Counted from the stretch's first letter, positions 1 through 9,977 are shown. The stretch: 64,000 nt of DNA from Acidimicrobium ferrooxidans DSM 10331 (GCA_945900735.1 CAMDJX010000002.1:964-64963); one strand, 5' to 3'. Numbers and translations: made by a program. Notes: generated by a model from the letters alone, not told the origin.

Positions 1-771
1 GGGCCACAAGAAAAGTGGGAGTTGTACAACATAGAAAAGGATTTCTCGCAGGCAGTGGACTTGGCGCTAACCCACCCCGACAAACTTGCCGAATTGCAAC
101 AGCTGTTCCACCAACACGCAACCGAATACGGCGTGTACCCATTGCGCGACCCAGGTTCGCCGCGACATGGAGAGTTTGCTGTGCCCCATTCCCTCGATGG
201 TTTTTCGTTCATGACATACACCGCCGCCCACGTGCGCATGCCGGAAAGCTCTGTCATCAATCTAAAAAACTGCTCGTACCAAATCACCGCTTCGATCGTT
301 GTGCAGACTTCGACGCCGCAGGGTGTCCTTGCATGTCAGGGCGGAAACATGGCCGGCTGGTCGCTGTACATCGACGAACAATCTCGGCCAACATTTCATT
401 ACAACTGGTTTGGTCATGAACACAGCGCAGTGCAACACCCGGCACCACTTTCGATGGGGCCACACGAAATTCGCCTTGCATTCGTTTACGACGGTGGCTT
501 CGGTGCAGGTGGCACAGCCGTGCTTACTGTTGATGATGGTGATGGCCACTCGGTACGAATTGATCGCACAGTGCCCCTAGTTTTTTCGATGAGCGGAGAA
601 ACTTTTGACGTGGGCATGGATACCGGCTCCCCCGTTGGCCCGTACCCTCACCAATTTCCGTGCACCGAAGAAATTGTCGGCGTTACTTTACAACGTCTGA
701 ATGAGCCGCCAAAAGAGATCCTAGAAAAGATGCGCGAAGGCGAATTTAGAGCGAGCATCAGCACGCAGTAA
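1..771 (+). CDS. Type I (aryl)sulfatase family protein, C-terminal fragment truncated by the window edge
   Basis: The frame is open from base 1. The segment (W)ELYNIEKDFSQAVDLALTHPDKLAELQQLF matches the conserved 'WELY-D..E..-LA..-P-K..EL' block near the C-terminal part of large sulfatases. The catalytic N-terminus lies outside the window. Confidence 0.55.
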   Translation, partial: GPQEKWELYNIEKDFSQAVDLALTHPDKLAELQQLFHQHATEYGVYPLRDPGSPRHGEFAVPHSLDGFSFMTYTAAHVRMPESSVINLKNCSYQITASIVVQTSTPQGVLACQGGNMAGWSLYIDEQSRPTFHYNWFGHEHSAVQHPAPLSMGPHEIRLAFVYDGGFGAGGTAVLTVDDGDGHSVRIDRTVPLVFSMSGETFDVGMDTGSPVGPYPHQFPCTEEIVGVTLQRLNEPPKEILEKMREGEFRASISTQ

Positions 772-777
772 GCGTGA

Positions 778-1446
778 TTACGAAACGAGCGGTGAAGCCA
801 AGTTCTTTCTCACCGCTAAATTCATTTCCTCGTCAAACGCACGCACATGTGCTTCCGCTAGCGCTGCGGCCTTGTCGCCATCACCAGCTGCAAGAGCTTG
901 ATACATCTCTGTGTGCTCTTCAACTGCATGGCGCATGTCGGCGACATCGGCAATGTAGAGGTGCCACAACCTATCGCTTTGCGCATACATCATGTCGAGT
1001 GTGTCGGTAAGAAAACGGTTGCCCGCGGCGTCCCAAACAATTTCGTGACACTTGCGGTCGATGCTCATAAGCTCGTCGTTGGATACGCCGGGTCGACGAG
1101 CGTTCTGCAAGTTGTCGGCCATTGCAACCCAATGTTCCTGCTTGCCTCGCGCCGCAGCCAGACGCATTGCGTATGGTTCCAAAATCGCCCTTGTCTCGTA
1201 CAGCATGGAAAGTTCCATCACGTCTATGCCGGAAACCAACATGCCCCGTCGTGGAATGACGGTGACGAATTGATCGCGCGCCAATCGCTGCAATGCCTCT
1301 CGGATAGGTGTTCGGCCAATGCCTAATTCGGCTTGAAGCGCGTCCTCGCGGATGACATCACCCGGCGCCATTTCAAGGCGCACGATTTTGTCGCGGATCT
1401 TGAGATAGGCCTGCTCACTTAGCGAAATACTCACGCCAGAGATCAT
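778..1446 (-). CDS. GntR family transcriptional regulator (FadR/FCD subfamily)
   Basis: 222 aa. The N-terminal winged HTH (LQAELGIGRTPIREALQRLARDQFV) is followed by an all-helical FCD-like C-domain. The gene is divergent from the demethylation operon. Confidence 0.85.
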   Translation of the reverse strand: MISGVSISLSEQAYLKIRDKIVRLEMAPGDVIREDALQAELGIGRTPIREALQRLARDQFVTVIPRRGMLVSGIDVMELSMLYETRAILEPYAMRLAAARGKQEHWVAMADNLQNARRPGVSNDELMSIDRKCHEIVWDAAGNRFLTDTLDMMYAQSDRLWHLYIADVADMRHAVEEHTEMYQALAAGDGDKAAALAEAHVRAFDEEMNLAVRKNLASPLVS

Positions 1447-1462
1447 ATCCTCGATTTTTGCA

Positions 1463-1484
1463 GCTGATATAGCGCTGATATACT
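1463..1484. promoter_or_regulatory. Tandem direct repeat GCTGATATA-gc-GCTGATATA overlapping a -10-like TATACT; candidate operator/promoter
   Basis: Exact 9-nt repeat at 1463-1471 and 1474-1482 (11-nt period) in the 111-bp divergent region between the GntR gene and the first dehydrogenase gene. TATACT lies at 1479-1484. Confidence 0.35.
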
Positions 1485-1513
1485 ACCAAATTGTCAAGGT
1501 CCAAATAAATATC

Positions 1514-1537
1514 GCCCCGACGCAGGTGCATCGGGGC
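1514..1537 (+). other. GC-rich hairpin in the 5' leader of the operon (GCCCCGA-N10-TCGGGGC)
   Basis: 7-bp perfect arms at 1514-1520 and 1531-1537. A second TCGGGGG (1545-1551) overlaps the GGGGG Shine-Dalgarno 6 nt before the GTG start at 1558. Confidence 0.4.
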
Positions 1538-1557
1538 TCTCGTTTCGGGGGTAACTC

Positions 1558-4101
1558 GTGAGTGAATTTCCAAGTCGCGCAAAGTGTGTGGTCATCGGCG
1601 CTGGCATCGTCGGCAATTGCCTCGTAGGGCACCTCTCAAAACTTGGATGGACCGACATGGTGCTCATCGACAAGGGACCACTCCCCAACCCCGGTGGTTC
1701 CACTGGTCACGCATCCAACTTTATTTTCCCAACCGACCACAACAAAGAAATGGCACTGCTCACTCTTGCTTCGCAGAAGCAGTACATCGACATGGGAATG
1801 AACGGAACATGCGGCGGCATCGAAGTTGCACGCACACCCGAGCGACTTGAAGAGTTCAACCGCCGTATGACCTCGGCAAAAGCTTGGGGAATTGATTCCA
1901 AGCTGCTTACCCCAGCAGAAATCAAAGAACTCGTTCCATTTGTTAACGAGAAAATTCTGCTTGGCGGCTTCTACACACCAAGCGTGTCGGTTGTTGACTC
2001 GCTGCAAACAGGAACCCTGATGCGTGAGAGCGCAGTTAAGGCCGGCCACGCCAAAGTATTCGCCAACACAGAAGTACTCGACCTTGAAGTGGTGAATGGA
2101 ACGATCAAAGCCGTAGTCACCAACAAAGGACGCATTGAGGCTGAGTATGTAGTTGTTGCTTGCGGCGTATGGAGCCCACGCATTGCACAAATGGCCGGCG
2201 CCAATATCCCACTCACGCCAGCAGTGCACCAGATGGCCGACGTCGGCCCGATCGACGTGCTGCAAAAGACCAACGCCGAAGTTGCGTTCCCAATTATTCG
2301 CGACATGGACACCTTCTGCTACGAGCGCCAATCAACGGGATCGATGGAAGTCGGCTCCTATGCGCACCGCGCAATCTTCATGCACCCAGACGACATCCCA
2401 TCCAACGAGGCATCTGCACTTTCGCCAACTGAGTTGCCTTTAACGCAAGATGACTTCGACCCGCAGATGGAACAGGCAATCGAATTGATGGAAATGCTCG
2501 GCGACGCCGAAATCAAATACGCCATCAACGGTTTGCTCTCACTCACCCCAGATGCCATGCCCGTGCTCGGCGAAACAGTTGAGGTTCGCAATTTGTGGTC
2601 GGCCGCTGCAGTCTGGATCAAGGAAGGCCCAGGCATCGCGCAATTGGTTGCCGAATGGATGACTTACGGCTATCCGCACCTGTGCGACCCACACTCGTCC
2701 GACATCAGCCGTTTTTACCCGCACGAAAAAACCGATCACCACATTTATGCCCGTTGCGATGAGCACTTCAACAAGACGTACGGCATTGTGCATCCTCGCG
2801 AGCAGTGGGGAACACAACGAGACATGCGCCGAAGCCCCTTCTACCCTCGCGAAGAAGCAGCCGGCGCAACATTCTTTGATGCGCGTGGCTGGGAACGCCC
2901 ACAGTGGTTCGCATCCAATGCCAAACTTGTTGACAAGTTTAAGGACCAGTGCGAACCGCGTGAAAGCGAATGGGACGGTCGCTGGTGGTCGCCAATTACC
3001 AACGCAGAGCACTTGCAAATGCGCGAGTCGGTTGGAATGGTGGATCTCACCGCATTCAACGAATTCGATTTCACAGGACCTGGTGTTGTTCAGTTCTTGC
3101 AGTACATGTGCGTGAATAACGTAGACGTACCTGTTGGCCGTTCCGTTTACACCCCACTCCTCACACCAGGTGGTGGCTTCCGCGGAGACCTCACCATCAT
3201 GCGTTTGGGCAACGAGCATTTCCGTGTGATCACCGGAGCATTCGATGGTGGGCGCGACAAGTATTGGTTCACCAAGTACATGCCGCAAGACGGCTCTGTG
3301 GTGTTTACCGACATGTCTGGCGCTCTGTGCACCATCGGCGTATGGGGACCAAACGCAGAAAAGACAATGGCTAAGGCAACACAGAACATCAACGCTGAAG
3401 GAAAGCTAGTTCCGTTTGATGTTTCGCAGGCCAACTTCCCTTACGGATCGGTACGAGATGTACTTATCGATGGCGTACCCGCAACAATGTTCCGCATTTC
3501 ATATGTCGGAGAAAATGGTTGGGAGGTCTACACCAAGATGGAGCATGGTCTTCGCATGTGGGACTCCATTGCAAAAGCCGGCGAAGAGTTCGAAATCATT
3601 CCAGTTGGAATGGGCGTCTATGCAGTGACTGGTCGCATCGAAAAGGGCTACCGCTTGATGGGAGCAGAACTAGAAAGCGAATACAACCCAGTCGAGGCCG
3701 GGCTCAACCGAGCCAAGGTGAAGTCTGCCGACTTTATTGGCAAAGCCGAGTACCTCAAGGCTCGCGATGAAAAACCAGCTGCCATTATGTGCACCCTCGA
3801 AATCATCGACCACACCAGCAAAGCTGGCATCAAGCGTTACCCAACTGGAGGCAACGAACCGATTCTTACCAAGAACGGAGAGCGCATCGTAGACAGCAAG
3901 GGTCGTGTGTCGCGAGTGACTACAGCAGGCGCAGCGCCATCGTTGGGCAAGTATCTCCTACTTGCTTATCTCACACCAGAGCATGCCGTTGAAGGCAACG
4001 AATTGCGCGTGATGTACATGAACGAGTTGTTCCCCGTGCGAGTTGCGCGAGTAGGCAGCCAACCGCTGTTTGACCCAACCGATTCGCGGATGAAGAGCTA
4101 G
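1558..4101 (+). CDS. FAD-dependent N-methyl amino acid dehydrogenase/oxidase fused to a GcvT-type folate-binding aminomethyltransferase domain (dimethylglycine/sarcosine dehydrogenase-like)
   Basis: 847 aa. It has the N-terminal Rossmann motif VVIGAGIVG and GGSTGHASNF (His position for covalent FAD). The C-terminal half has GcvT-like folds. It sits next to etfBA. Confidence 0.85.
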   Translation: MSEFPSRAKCVVIGAGIVGNCLVGHLSKLGWTDMVLIDKGPLPNPGGSTGHASNFIFPTDHNKEMALLTLASQKQYIDMGMNGTCGGIEVARTPERLEEFNRRMTSAKAWGIDSKLLTPAEIKELVPFVNEKILLGGFYTPSVSVVDSLQTGTLMRESAVKAGHAKVFANTEVLDLEVVNGTIKAVVTNKGRIEAEYVVVACGVWSPRIAQMAGANIPLTPAVHQMADVGPIDVLQKTNAEVAFPIIRDMDTFCYERQSTGSMEVGSYAHRAIFMHPDDIPSNEASALSPTELPLTQDDFDPQMEQAIELMEMLGDAEIKYAINGLLSLTPDAMPVLGETVEVRNLWSAAAVWIKEGPGIAQLVAEWMTYGYPHLCDPHSSDISRFYPHEKTDHHIYARCDEHFNKTYGIVHPREQWGTQRDMRRSPFYPREEAAGATFFDARGWERPQWFASNAKLVDKFKDQCEPRESEWDGRWWSPITNAEHLQMRESVGMVDLTAFNEFDFTGPGVVQFLQYMCVNNVDVPVGRSVYTPLLTPGGGFRGDLTIMRLGNEHFRVITGAFDGGRDKYWFTKYMPQDGSVVFTDMSGALCTIGVWGPNAEKTMAKATQNINAEGKLVPFDVSQANFPYGSVRDVLIDGVPATMFRISYVGENGWEVYTKMEHGLRMWDSIAKAGEEFEIIPVGMGVYAVTGRIEKGYRLMGAELESEYNPVEAGLNRAKVKSADFIGKAEYLKARDEKPAAIMCTLEIIDHTSKAGIKRYPTGGNEPILTKNGERIVDSKGRVSRVTTAGAAPSLGKYLLLAYLTPEHAVEGNELRVMYMNELFPVRVARVGSQPLFDPTDSRMKS

Positions 4102-4116
4102 TCGACAAATCCGACC

Positions 4117-4884
4117 ATGAAGATTCTTGTTTGCGTCAAGCGCGTACCCGCACCGGGTGCTCGCATCAACATCACCGACGATGGTCAGCAAGTTGACACT
4201 GCATTTCTTGGCTTTACCGTAAGCCCTCACGAGGAATGCGCAGTTGAAGCTGCCGTACAACTTGTTGAACAGCATGGTGGCGAAGTAACCGTGCTTACGC
4301 TCGGACCAGCCGAAGCAGAAGAACAACTTCGTACAGCCGTGAGCGTGGGCGCAGCGAAGGCTGTGCTCGTGCCGATAGACGGGCAAGATTGGGACCCTCA
4401 ACGCACGGCAAGCGCGATCGCATCGGTCGTTAATGAACTTGAAAGCGCAAACGGATCATTCGACTTGATCTTGTTCGGAAATGAATCTGCCGACTCGTGT
4501 GGTTACCAAGTTGGCGTGCGCGCGGCCCTAAAGCTTGCGCGACCAATGGTCAACGGAGCAAAGGGAATTGAAATTGACGGCGCATCTGCAAAGATTCGCC
4601 GCGAGAGCGATGCCGGCCAGGACATATACGTTCTGCCTATGCCTGCAGCAGTCGGTGTCAAAGAAGGCATCAACTTGCCTCGCTACCCCACGATGAAGGG
4701 ACGTTTGGCTTCGAAGAAGGTTGATATCTCGCGCAGTGAAACAACCGCATCCGTTGGTGGCCTCAAAATGATTCAGTTGCAGCGCCCGCCCGAGCGAGCG
4801 AGCAACACGCAGATACTTGGAACAGGCCCTGAAGCAGCATCTGCGATCGTTGACTTGCTGGAAGAGTTGGGAGTTTTCAAATGA
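4117..4884 (+). CDS. etfB: Electron transfer flavoprotein beta subunit
   Basis: 255 aa. The MKILVCVKRVP start is typical of EtfB. It overlaps the next gene by 4 nt. Confidence 0.9.
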   Translation: MKILVCVKRVPAPGARINITDDGQQVDTAFLGFTVSPHEECAVEAAVQLVEQHGGEVTVLTLGPAEAEEQLRTAVSVGAAKAVLVPIDGQDWDPQRTASAIASVVNELESANGSFDLILFGNESADSCGYQVGVRAALKLARPMVNGAKGIEIDGASAKIRRESDAGQDIYVLPMPAAVGVKEGINLPRYPTMKGRLASKKVDISRSETTASVGGLKMIQLQRPPERASNTQILGTGPEAASAIVDLLEELGVFK

Positions 4885-5861
4885 GCGTTCTCGCCATTAT
4901 CGAACACGACCGCGGAACGCTCACTTCGGCATCACTTGGCGTGCTTACTGCCGCACGCAACCTCGCGCAACAAATGAACACGACGATGGAAGCATTAACC
5001 ATCGGGGCTAACGCCGATGCCCTTAGATCCGTCGCTGCCCAATATGGTGCAACGGTTGTTCACCAAGCGCATCACGACGCATTAACCGACTTTGGCCCAG
5101 AAGCATGGGGTGAGGCTGCGGCACAAATCATCACTTCCCTTTCGCCGCAACTGGTGATGGGAAGCGGAACCGAGCGCGGTCACGAAGTTGTTGCGCAGAT
5201 AGCAGCCCGACTCGACCTGCCCGCCTCCATGAACTGCACCGAATTTGATTCGTCGTTCGACGGAACCCAACCGCTGAAAGTTGTGCGTGCCCGCTGGGGC
5301 GGTTCTTTGCTCGAGCAAGCCGAAGTTGATGCACCGATCAAAATAGTGACTTTGGCAAACCACACGGTTGAACCGACAGAGGCACCAACAACGTCGACAA
5401 CAAATGTGATTGATGTGCAACTTGACGCATCCGTTCTGCATTCCATTGTCCGTGACCGCGTCGAGCGTGTTGCCGGAGTGACGCTTGCAACCGCCTCAGT
5501 TGTCGTGAGCGGTGGTCGAGGTGTTGGATCGGCCGAGGCATTTGCACCGCTAGAAGAGTTGGCCGCATTACTTGGCGGGGTTGTCGGTTGCTCTCGCGCG
5601 GTAACAAATAACGGTTGGCGCAACCACACGGACCAGGTTGGGCAAACTGGCACGCGCATTGCACCCGATATCTACATTGCCTGCGGTATTTCGGGGGCAA
5701 TTCAGCACTGGGTAGGGGCAATGGCCTCCAAAAATATCTTGGCGATCAATCTCGACCAAGAAGCCAACATTGTGACCAAGTCTGGTTATGCCGTGATTGG
5801 CGACCTGCACAAAGTAGTGCCCGCTGTCTCAGCAGAAATTCGGCGCCGGCGCGGGGTTTAA
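4881..5861 (+). CDS. etfA: Electron transfer flavoprotein alpha subunit
   Basis: 326 aa. The C-terminal FAD-binding block reads PDIYIACGISGAIQHWVGAMASKNILAIN. Confidence 0.9.
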   Translation: MSVLAIIEHDRGTLTSASLGVLTAARNLAQQMNTTMEALTIGANADALRSVAAQYGATVVHQAHHDALTDFGPEAWGEAAAQIITSLSPQLVMGSGTERGHEVVAQIAARLDLPASMNCTEFDSSFDGTQPLKVVRARWGGSLLEQAEVDAPIKIVTLANHTVEPTEAPTTSTTNVIDVQLDASVLHSIVRDRVERVAGVTLATASVVVSGGRGVGSAEAFAPLEELAALLGGVVGCSRAVTNNGWRNHTDQVGQTGTRIAPDIYIACGISGAIQHWVGAMASKNILAINLDQEANIVTKSGYAVIGDLHKVVPAVSAEIRRRRGV

Positions 5862-5913
5862 CCCAAGCCGATATGACCCGCTGGCGTTAGCCGCTGTAGC
5901 ATTTCTGCCTTGT

Positions 5914-5931
5914 GCCCCGAAGTTTCGGGGC
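5914..5931 (+). other. Hairpin GCCCCGA-AGTT-TCGGGGC between etfA and the MttB-family gene
   Basis: Perfect 7-bp arms identical to those of the 1514-1537 hairpin. There is no downstream T-tract, so it is not a canonical intrinsic terminator. Confidence 0.4.
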
Positions 5932-5960
5932 GCTGACAACAGCAGCATCAAGGGGTATTT

Positions 5961-7511
5961 GTGACCGAAATCGAAACCGGTGGTCCGCGTCGTCGCGGAC
6001 GTGAGCGCCAAGCCGCAGGCCCACGCTCACGATTGCCAGAGCAGAAACCATTTCGTCAGCCCCAAATGCAATACCCGCCCACCAAGGTGGTGAGCGACGA
6101 CCAATTGGAGGCAATCCACACTGCGTCGCTGCGCATTCTGAGCGATTACGGAATCGACTTCTTGCTGCCAGAAGCCCGCGAGCTGTTGGCAAAGAACGGC
6201 GCAAAGGTCACCGACAACCGCGTGCGATTCGACCCCGAGATGGTGATGGAAACCATCAAGACTTGCCCTTCGGAATTTAAGTTGCATGCACGAAACCCTG
6301 CGCACACCCTGAACATCGGTGGCAACTGGATGGCATTCGGTTCGGTGGCCAGCCCACCAAACTTCATGGAGCTTGATGGCACTCGCCACGCAGGCAACCG
6401 ACAGAACTTCCAGGATCTCCTGAAGCTGTCGCAGATTTTTAACATCATTCACTTCGTCGCTGGCTACCCAGTCGAGCCCGTCGACTTACATGCCTCGATT
6501 CGACATATTGAATGCGCCTTCGACACGCTGACAATGACCGACAAAGCACTGCATTGCTACAGCCTGGGTCGTCAACGCAACCAAGACGTGCTTGAGATGA
6601 CACGCATTGCCCGCCAAGTGTCGCAGGAACAACTTGATAAAGAACCTTCGGTGTTCACCATTATCAACTCGTCCTCGCCGCTACGACTGGACACACCGAT
6701 GCTTCAAGGCATCATGGAGTTTTCTGCTCGCAATCAGATCGTCATCCTCACGCCGTTCACACTTGCCGGTGCAATGGCGCCAATCACGCTTGCCGGCGCG
6801 CTCTCGCAGCAAAATGCCGAAGCATTGGCCGGAATGGTGTTCACACAACTTGTTCGCCCCGGTTCGCCTGTTGCTTACGGTGGCTTCACCTCCAACGTGG
6901 ACATGCAGTCTGGTGCACCAGCGTTTGGCACCCCCGAGTACATGCGCACAGCCATGGCTGGCGGTCAACTAGCCCGCAGGTACAACGTTCCATACCGTTC
7001 GAGCAATGTGTGTGCAGCGAATGCGCTGGATGCGCAAGCCGCATACGAAAGCGTGTTTTCGCTTTGGGGCGCGATTCAGGGTGGCGTCAATGTGCTGATG
7101 CACGGCGCAGGCTGGATGGAGGGCGGGCTTCATGCATCGCTCGAAAAATTTGTGCTTGACGCCGACTTGTTGCAGATGGTTTCCGCCTATCTCGAACCCA
7201 TCGTTGTCGATGAGGCAACGCTTGCACACGAAGCAATTGGTGAGGTTGGCCCAGCTGGCCACTTCTTTGGCGTTCAACACACTCAAGACCGTTTCCGTGA
7301 TGCGTTCTACAAGCCGCTCATTTCCGATTGGCGTAATTACGAATCATGGGAAGAGGCCGGAAAGCCAACTGCCGATCAAAAGGCAAAAGAGTTGGCACAA
7401 ATCTTTCTTGAGGAGTATCAGCGCCCAGAAATGGACGCAGCAACTTATGAAGAACTTGATGCATTCCGCAAACGACGCGTTGCCGAGGGCGGCGTGGCAA
7501 CAGACTTTTAA
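5961..7511 (+). CDS. MttB-superfamily (trimethylamine methyltransferase family) protein, non-pyrrolysine type; likely a quaternary-amine (betaine-type) methyltransferase
   Basis: 516 aa with a GTG start after AAGGGG. The conserved TPFTLAGAMAPITLAGAL and GAPAFGTPEY blocks are typical of MttB homologues. The frame is uninterrupted, with no in-frame TAG. Confidence 0.85.
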   Translation: MTEIETGGPRRRGRERQAAGPRSRLPEQKPFRQPQMQYPPTKVVSDDQLEAIHTASLRILSDYGIDFLLPEARELLAKNGAKVTDNRVRFDPEMVMETIKTCPSEFKLHARNPAHTLNIGGNWMAFGSVASPPNFMELDGTRHAGNRQNFQDLLKLSQIFNIIHFVAGYPVEPVDLHASIRHIECAFDTLTMTDKALHCYSLGRQRNQDVLEMTRIARQVSQEQLDKEPSVFTIINSSSPLRLDTPMLQGIMEFSARNQIVILTPFTLAGAMAPITLAGALSQQNAEALAGMVFTQLVRPGSPVAYGGFTSNVDMQSGAPAFGTPEYMRTAMAGGQLARRYNVPYRSSNVCAANALDAQAAYESVFSLWGAIQGGVNVLMHGAGWMEGGLHASLEKFVLDADLLQMVSAYLEPIVVDEATLAHEAIGEVGPAGHFFGVQHTQDRFRDAFYKPLISDWRNYESWEEAGKPTADQKAKELAQIFLEEYQRPEMDAATYEELDAFRKRRVAEGGVATDF

Positions 7512-7535
7512 CTACTAGAGAAGGAAATTGAACTT

Positions 7536-9977
7536 ATGAAAACTTCTGCACGCGTAGTGGTTATCGGTGGCGGTGTTGTTGGCGCCTCCGTGCTGTATCA
7601 CCTCACCAAGGCCGGCTGGACCGACGTTGTCCTGCTCGAGCGCAAACAATTGACTGCTGGTTCCACATGGCACGCCGCCGGCGGTATGCACACGCTCAAT
7701 GGCGACCCAAACGTTGCTCGCTTGCAGCAATACACCGTCAATTTGTACAAAGAGATCGAGAAGGAGTCTGGCCAGAATTGCGGCATTCACTTGCCTGGTG
7801 GCTTGCAACTCGCCGACACACCAGAGCGTCTCGACTGGTTGAAGATGGCGCAAGCCCGTGGTCGCTACCTCGGCATGCACATGGAAATGCTGTCGATGAA
7901 AGAAGCAAAAGAACTCAATCCCCTACTTGAAGAGAAATATTTCGTAGGTGCGCTGTACGACGAAGACGAAGGTTCGGTAGACCCATACGGCGTAACACAC
8001 GCTTACGCAATTTGTGCTCGCAACCGTGGAGCCGAGGTGTACACCGAGACGTGGGTGACCGGCCTCAGCCAGCGTCTAGATGGAACATGGGACGTCATTA
8101 CCGACAAAGACCACACCATTCACGCAGAGCATGTTGTGAACGCAGGTGGCTTGTGGGCGCGCGAAGTGGGCCGCATGTGCGGTATTGAATTGCCAGTGTT
8201 GGCGATGGAACACCACTACCTGATGACCGAGCCGATGGAAGAAGTAATCGCGTACAACAAAGAAACCGGCCGCGAGCTTCCGCACATGATCGACTTCGCG
8301 GGAGAAATTTACGCTCGCCAAGAGGGACAGAGCATCTTGCTTGGAACCTACGAACAGAACAATCGTCCGTGGGCGCCAAAAGAAACACCATGGGACTTCG
8401 TATTCCAGTTGCTGCCACACGATTTGGAGCGCATTGCTCCAGAGCTCGAGCGCGGCTTTGCACACTTCCCCGCTGTGGGACGTGCAGGAATTAAGAAGTT
8501 CGTCAACGGCCCATTCACATTCTCGCCAGACGGCAACCCACTCGTGGGGCCAATCAAGGGCATGCGCGGTATGTGGTCGGCGTGTGCGGTTATGGCCGGC
8601 TTGTCGCAAGGTGGAGGCGTTGGGCTTTCGCTTGCCAACTGGATGGTGCACGGAGACCCTGGCGCAGACATCTGGGGCATGGACGTTGCCCGCTACGGCG
8701 ACTTCGCAACGCTGGAATACACCAACGCGAAGGTGCGCGAAAACTATTCTCGTCGATTCCGCATCACCTTCCCGAACGAAGAGCTTGCAGCAGCACGACC
8801 ACTGCACACAACACCTATCTACGACCGCTTGCTCTCGCACAACGCTGTTATGGGCGCGGGCTTTGGTCTCGAGCACCCACTGTGGTTCCAGGACAAAGGT
8901 CTTGAGCCAACTGAAGAGATCACGTTCTATCGTTCCAATGCATTCAAAAACGTGGGCGAAGAATCACGCGCAGTACGTGAGCGCGTTGGCTTTTCCGAAG
9001 CATCGAACTTTGCCAAGTACAAAGTCAGTGGCGAGGGTTCGGCCGCATGGTTGCAGCACCTCTTCACCAACGCATTGCCAAAGATCGGCAGAACATCGCT
9101 TACCGCAATGCTCAACCCAGAAGGCAAGATCGTTGGCGAGTTCTCGGTATCACGAATTGGCGAGGAAGAGTTCTTCCTCTTCGGTTCGCAGGCCGCAGAA
9201 GTACACCACCCTCGTTGGTTCCTCGCACACCTTCCCGAGAACAGCTCAATTCGCTTCGAGACACTTTCACTCTCGATGGTTGGTCTCACCGTTGCCGGCC
9301 CGCGCTCACGCGAAGTATTGCAGAAATTGACTGACACATCGCTTGCCACGAAGGACTTTCCTTTCATGGCATTCCGTCGGGTCAACATCGGCAAAGCGCC
9401 AGTGTGGCTGTCGCGTATGACCTACACCGGCGACCTGGGTTACGAAATCTGGATTGCACCCGAATACCAGCGTTATTTGTTCGACCTCATCTGGGAAGCC
9501 GGAAAAGAATTCGACATGCGCTTGTTCGGTTTCCGCGCACTCATCACCATGCGCCTAGAAAAGAACTTCGGCACTTGGTACCGCGAGTACCGCCCTATCT
9601 ACACACCGCTTGAGGCCGGCATGGATCGGGCAATGAAGCTCGACCACGACTTCATCGGACGTGCAGCGGTAGAAGCCGAAATGAAAACCGGACCTGCCCG
9701 CAAGTTGGTGATGTTCAAAGTGGACGTCGACCCAACAAGGCCGGCAGACGTGATCGGTGACGAACCTGTCTTCCATGATGGGAAAGTTGTTGGTTGGATC
9801 ACCTCGGGTGGGTTTGCGCATTACTCCGGCGTATCGCTTGCCCTTGGTTACATCTCAGCCGAACTTGCCACAGAGGGCACCACCGGTTTCGAAATCGAAA
9901 TCATTGGCAACATGCGCCCAGCCAGCTTGCAAATCGAGCCCGTGCTCGACCCAAGCGGCTCACGTATGCGCGCCTAG
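7536..9977 (+). CDS. Dimethylglycine/sarcosine dehydrogenase family protein (FAD DAO domain + GcvT folate-binding domain)
   Basis: 813 aa. Motifs are VVIGGGVVG and the LTAGSTWHAAGG covalent-FAD His motif of the DMGDH/SARDH family. The C-terminus is GcvT-like. Confidence 0.87.
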   Translation: MKTSARVVVIGGGVVGASVLYHLTKAGWTDVVLLERKQLTAGSTWHAAGGMHTLNGDPNVARLQQYTVNLYKEIEKESGQNCGIHLPGGLQLADTPERLDWLKMAQARGRYLGMHMEMLSMKEAKELNPLLEEKYFVGALYDEDEGSVDPYGVTHAYAICARNRGAEVYTETWVTGLSQRLDGTWDVITDKDHTIHAEHVVNAGGLWAREVGRMCGIELPVLAMEHHYLMTEPMEEVIAYNKETGRELPHMIDFAGEIYARQEGQSILLGTYEQNNRPWAPKETPWDFVFQLLPHDLERIAPELERGFAHFPAVGRAGIKKFVNGPFTFSPDGNPLVGPIKGMRGMWSACAVMAGLSQGGGVGLSLANWMVHGDPGADIWGMDVARYGDFATLEYTNAKVRENYSRRFRITFPNEELAAARPLHTTPIYDRLLSHNAVMGAGFGLEHPLWFQDKGLEPTEEITFYRSNAFKNVGEESRAVRERVGFSEASNFAKYKVSGEGSAAWLQHLFTNALPKIGRTSLTAMLNPEGKIVGEFSVSRIGEEEFFLFGSQAAEVHHPRWFLAHLPENSSIRFETLSLSMVGLTVAGPRSREVLQKLTDTSLATKDFPFMAFRRVNIGKAPVWLSRMTYTGDLGYEIWIAPEYQRYLFDLIWEAGKEFDMRLFGFRALITMRLEKNFGTWYREYRPIYTPLEAGMDRAMKLDHDFIGRAAVEAEMKTGPARKLVMFKVDVDPTRPADVIGDEPVFHDGKVVGWITSGGFAHYSGVSLALGYISAELATEGTTGFEIEIIGNMRPASLQIEPVLDPSGSRMRA

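Noticed and set aside
5961-7511. Possible pyrrolysine (in-frame TAG) in the MttB-family gene
   Set aside because: The frame is continuous over 516 codons with no internal TAG. It is a non-Pyl member.
8076-9330. 266-aa (minus) and 329-aa (plus, other frame) ORFs inside the 813-aa dehydrogenase gene
   Set aside because: They are shadow ORFs within a gene whose own frame carries clear DMGDH/SARDH and GcvT motifs. Their translations are Arg/Ser/Cys/His-rich nonsense.
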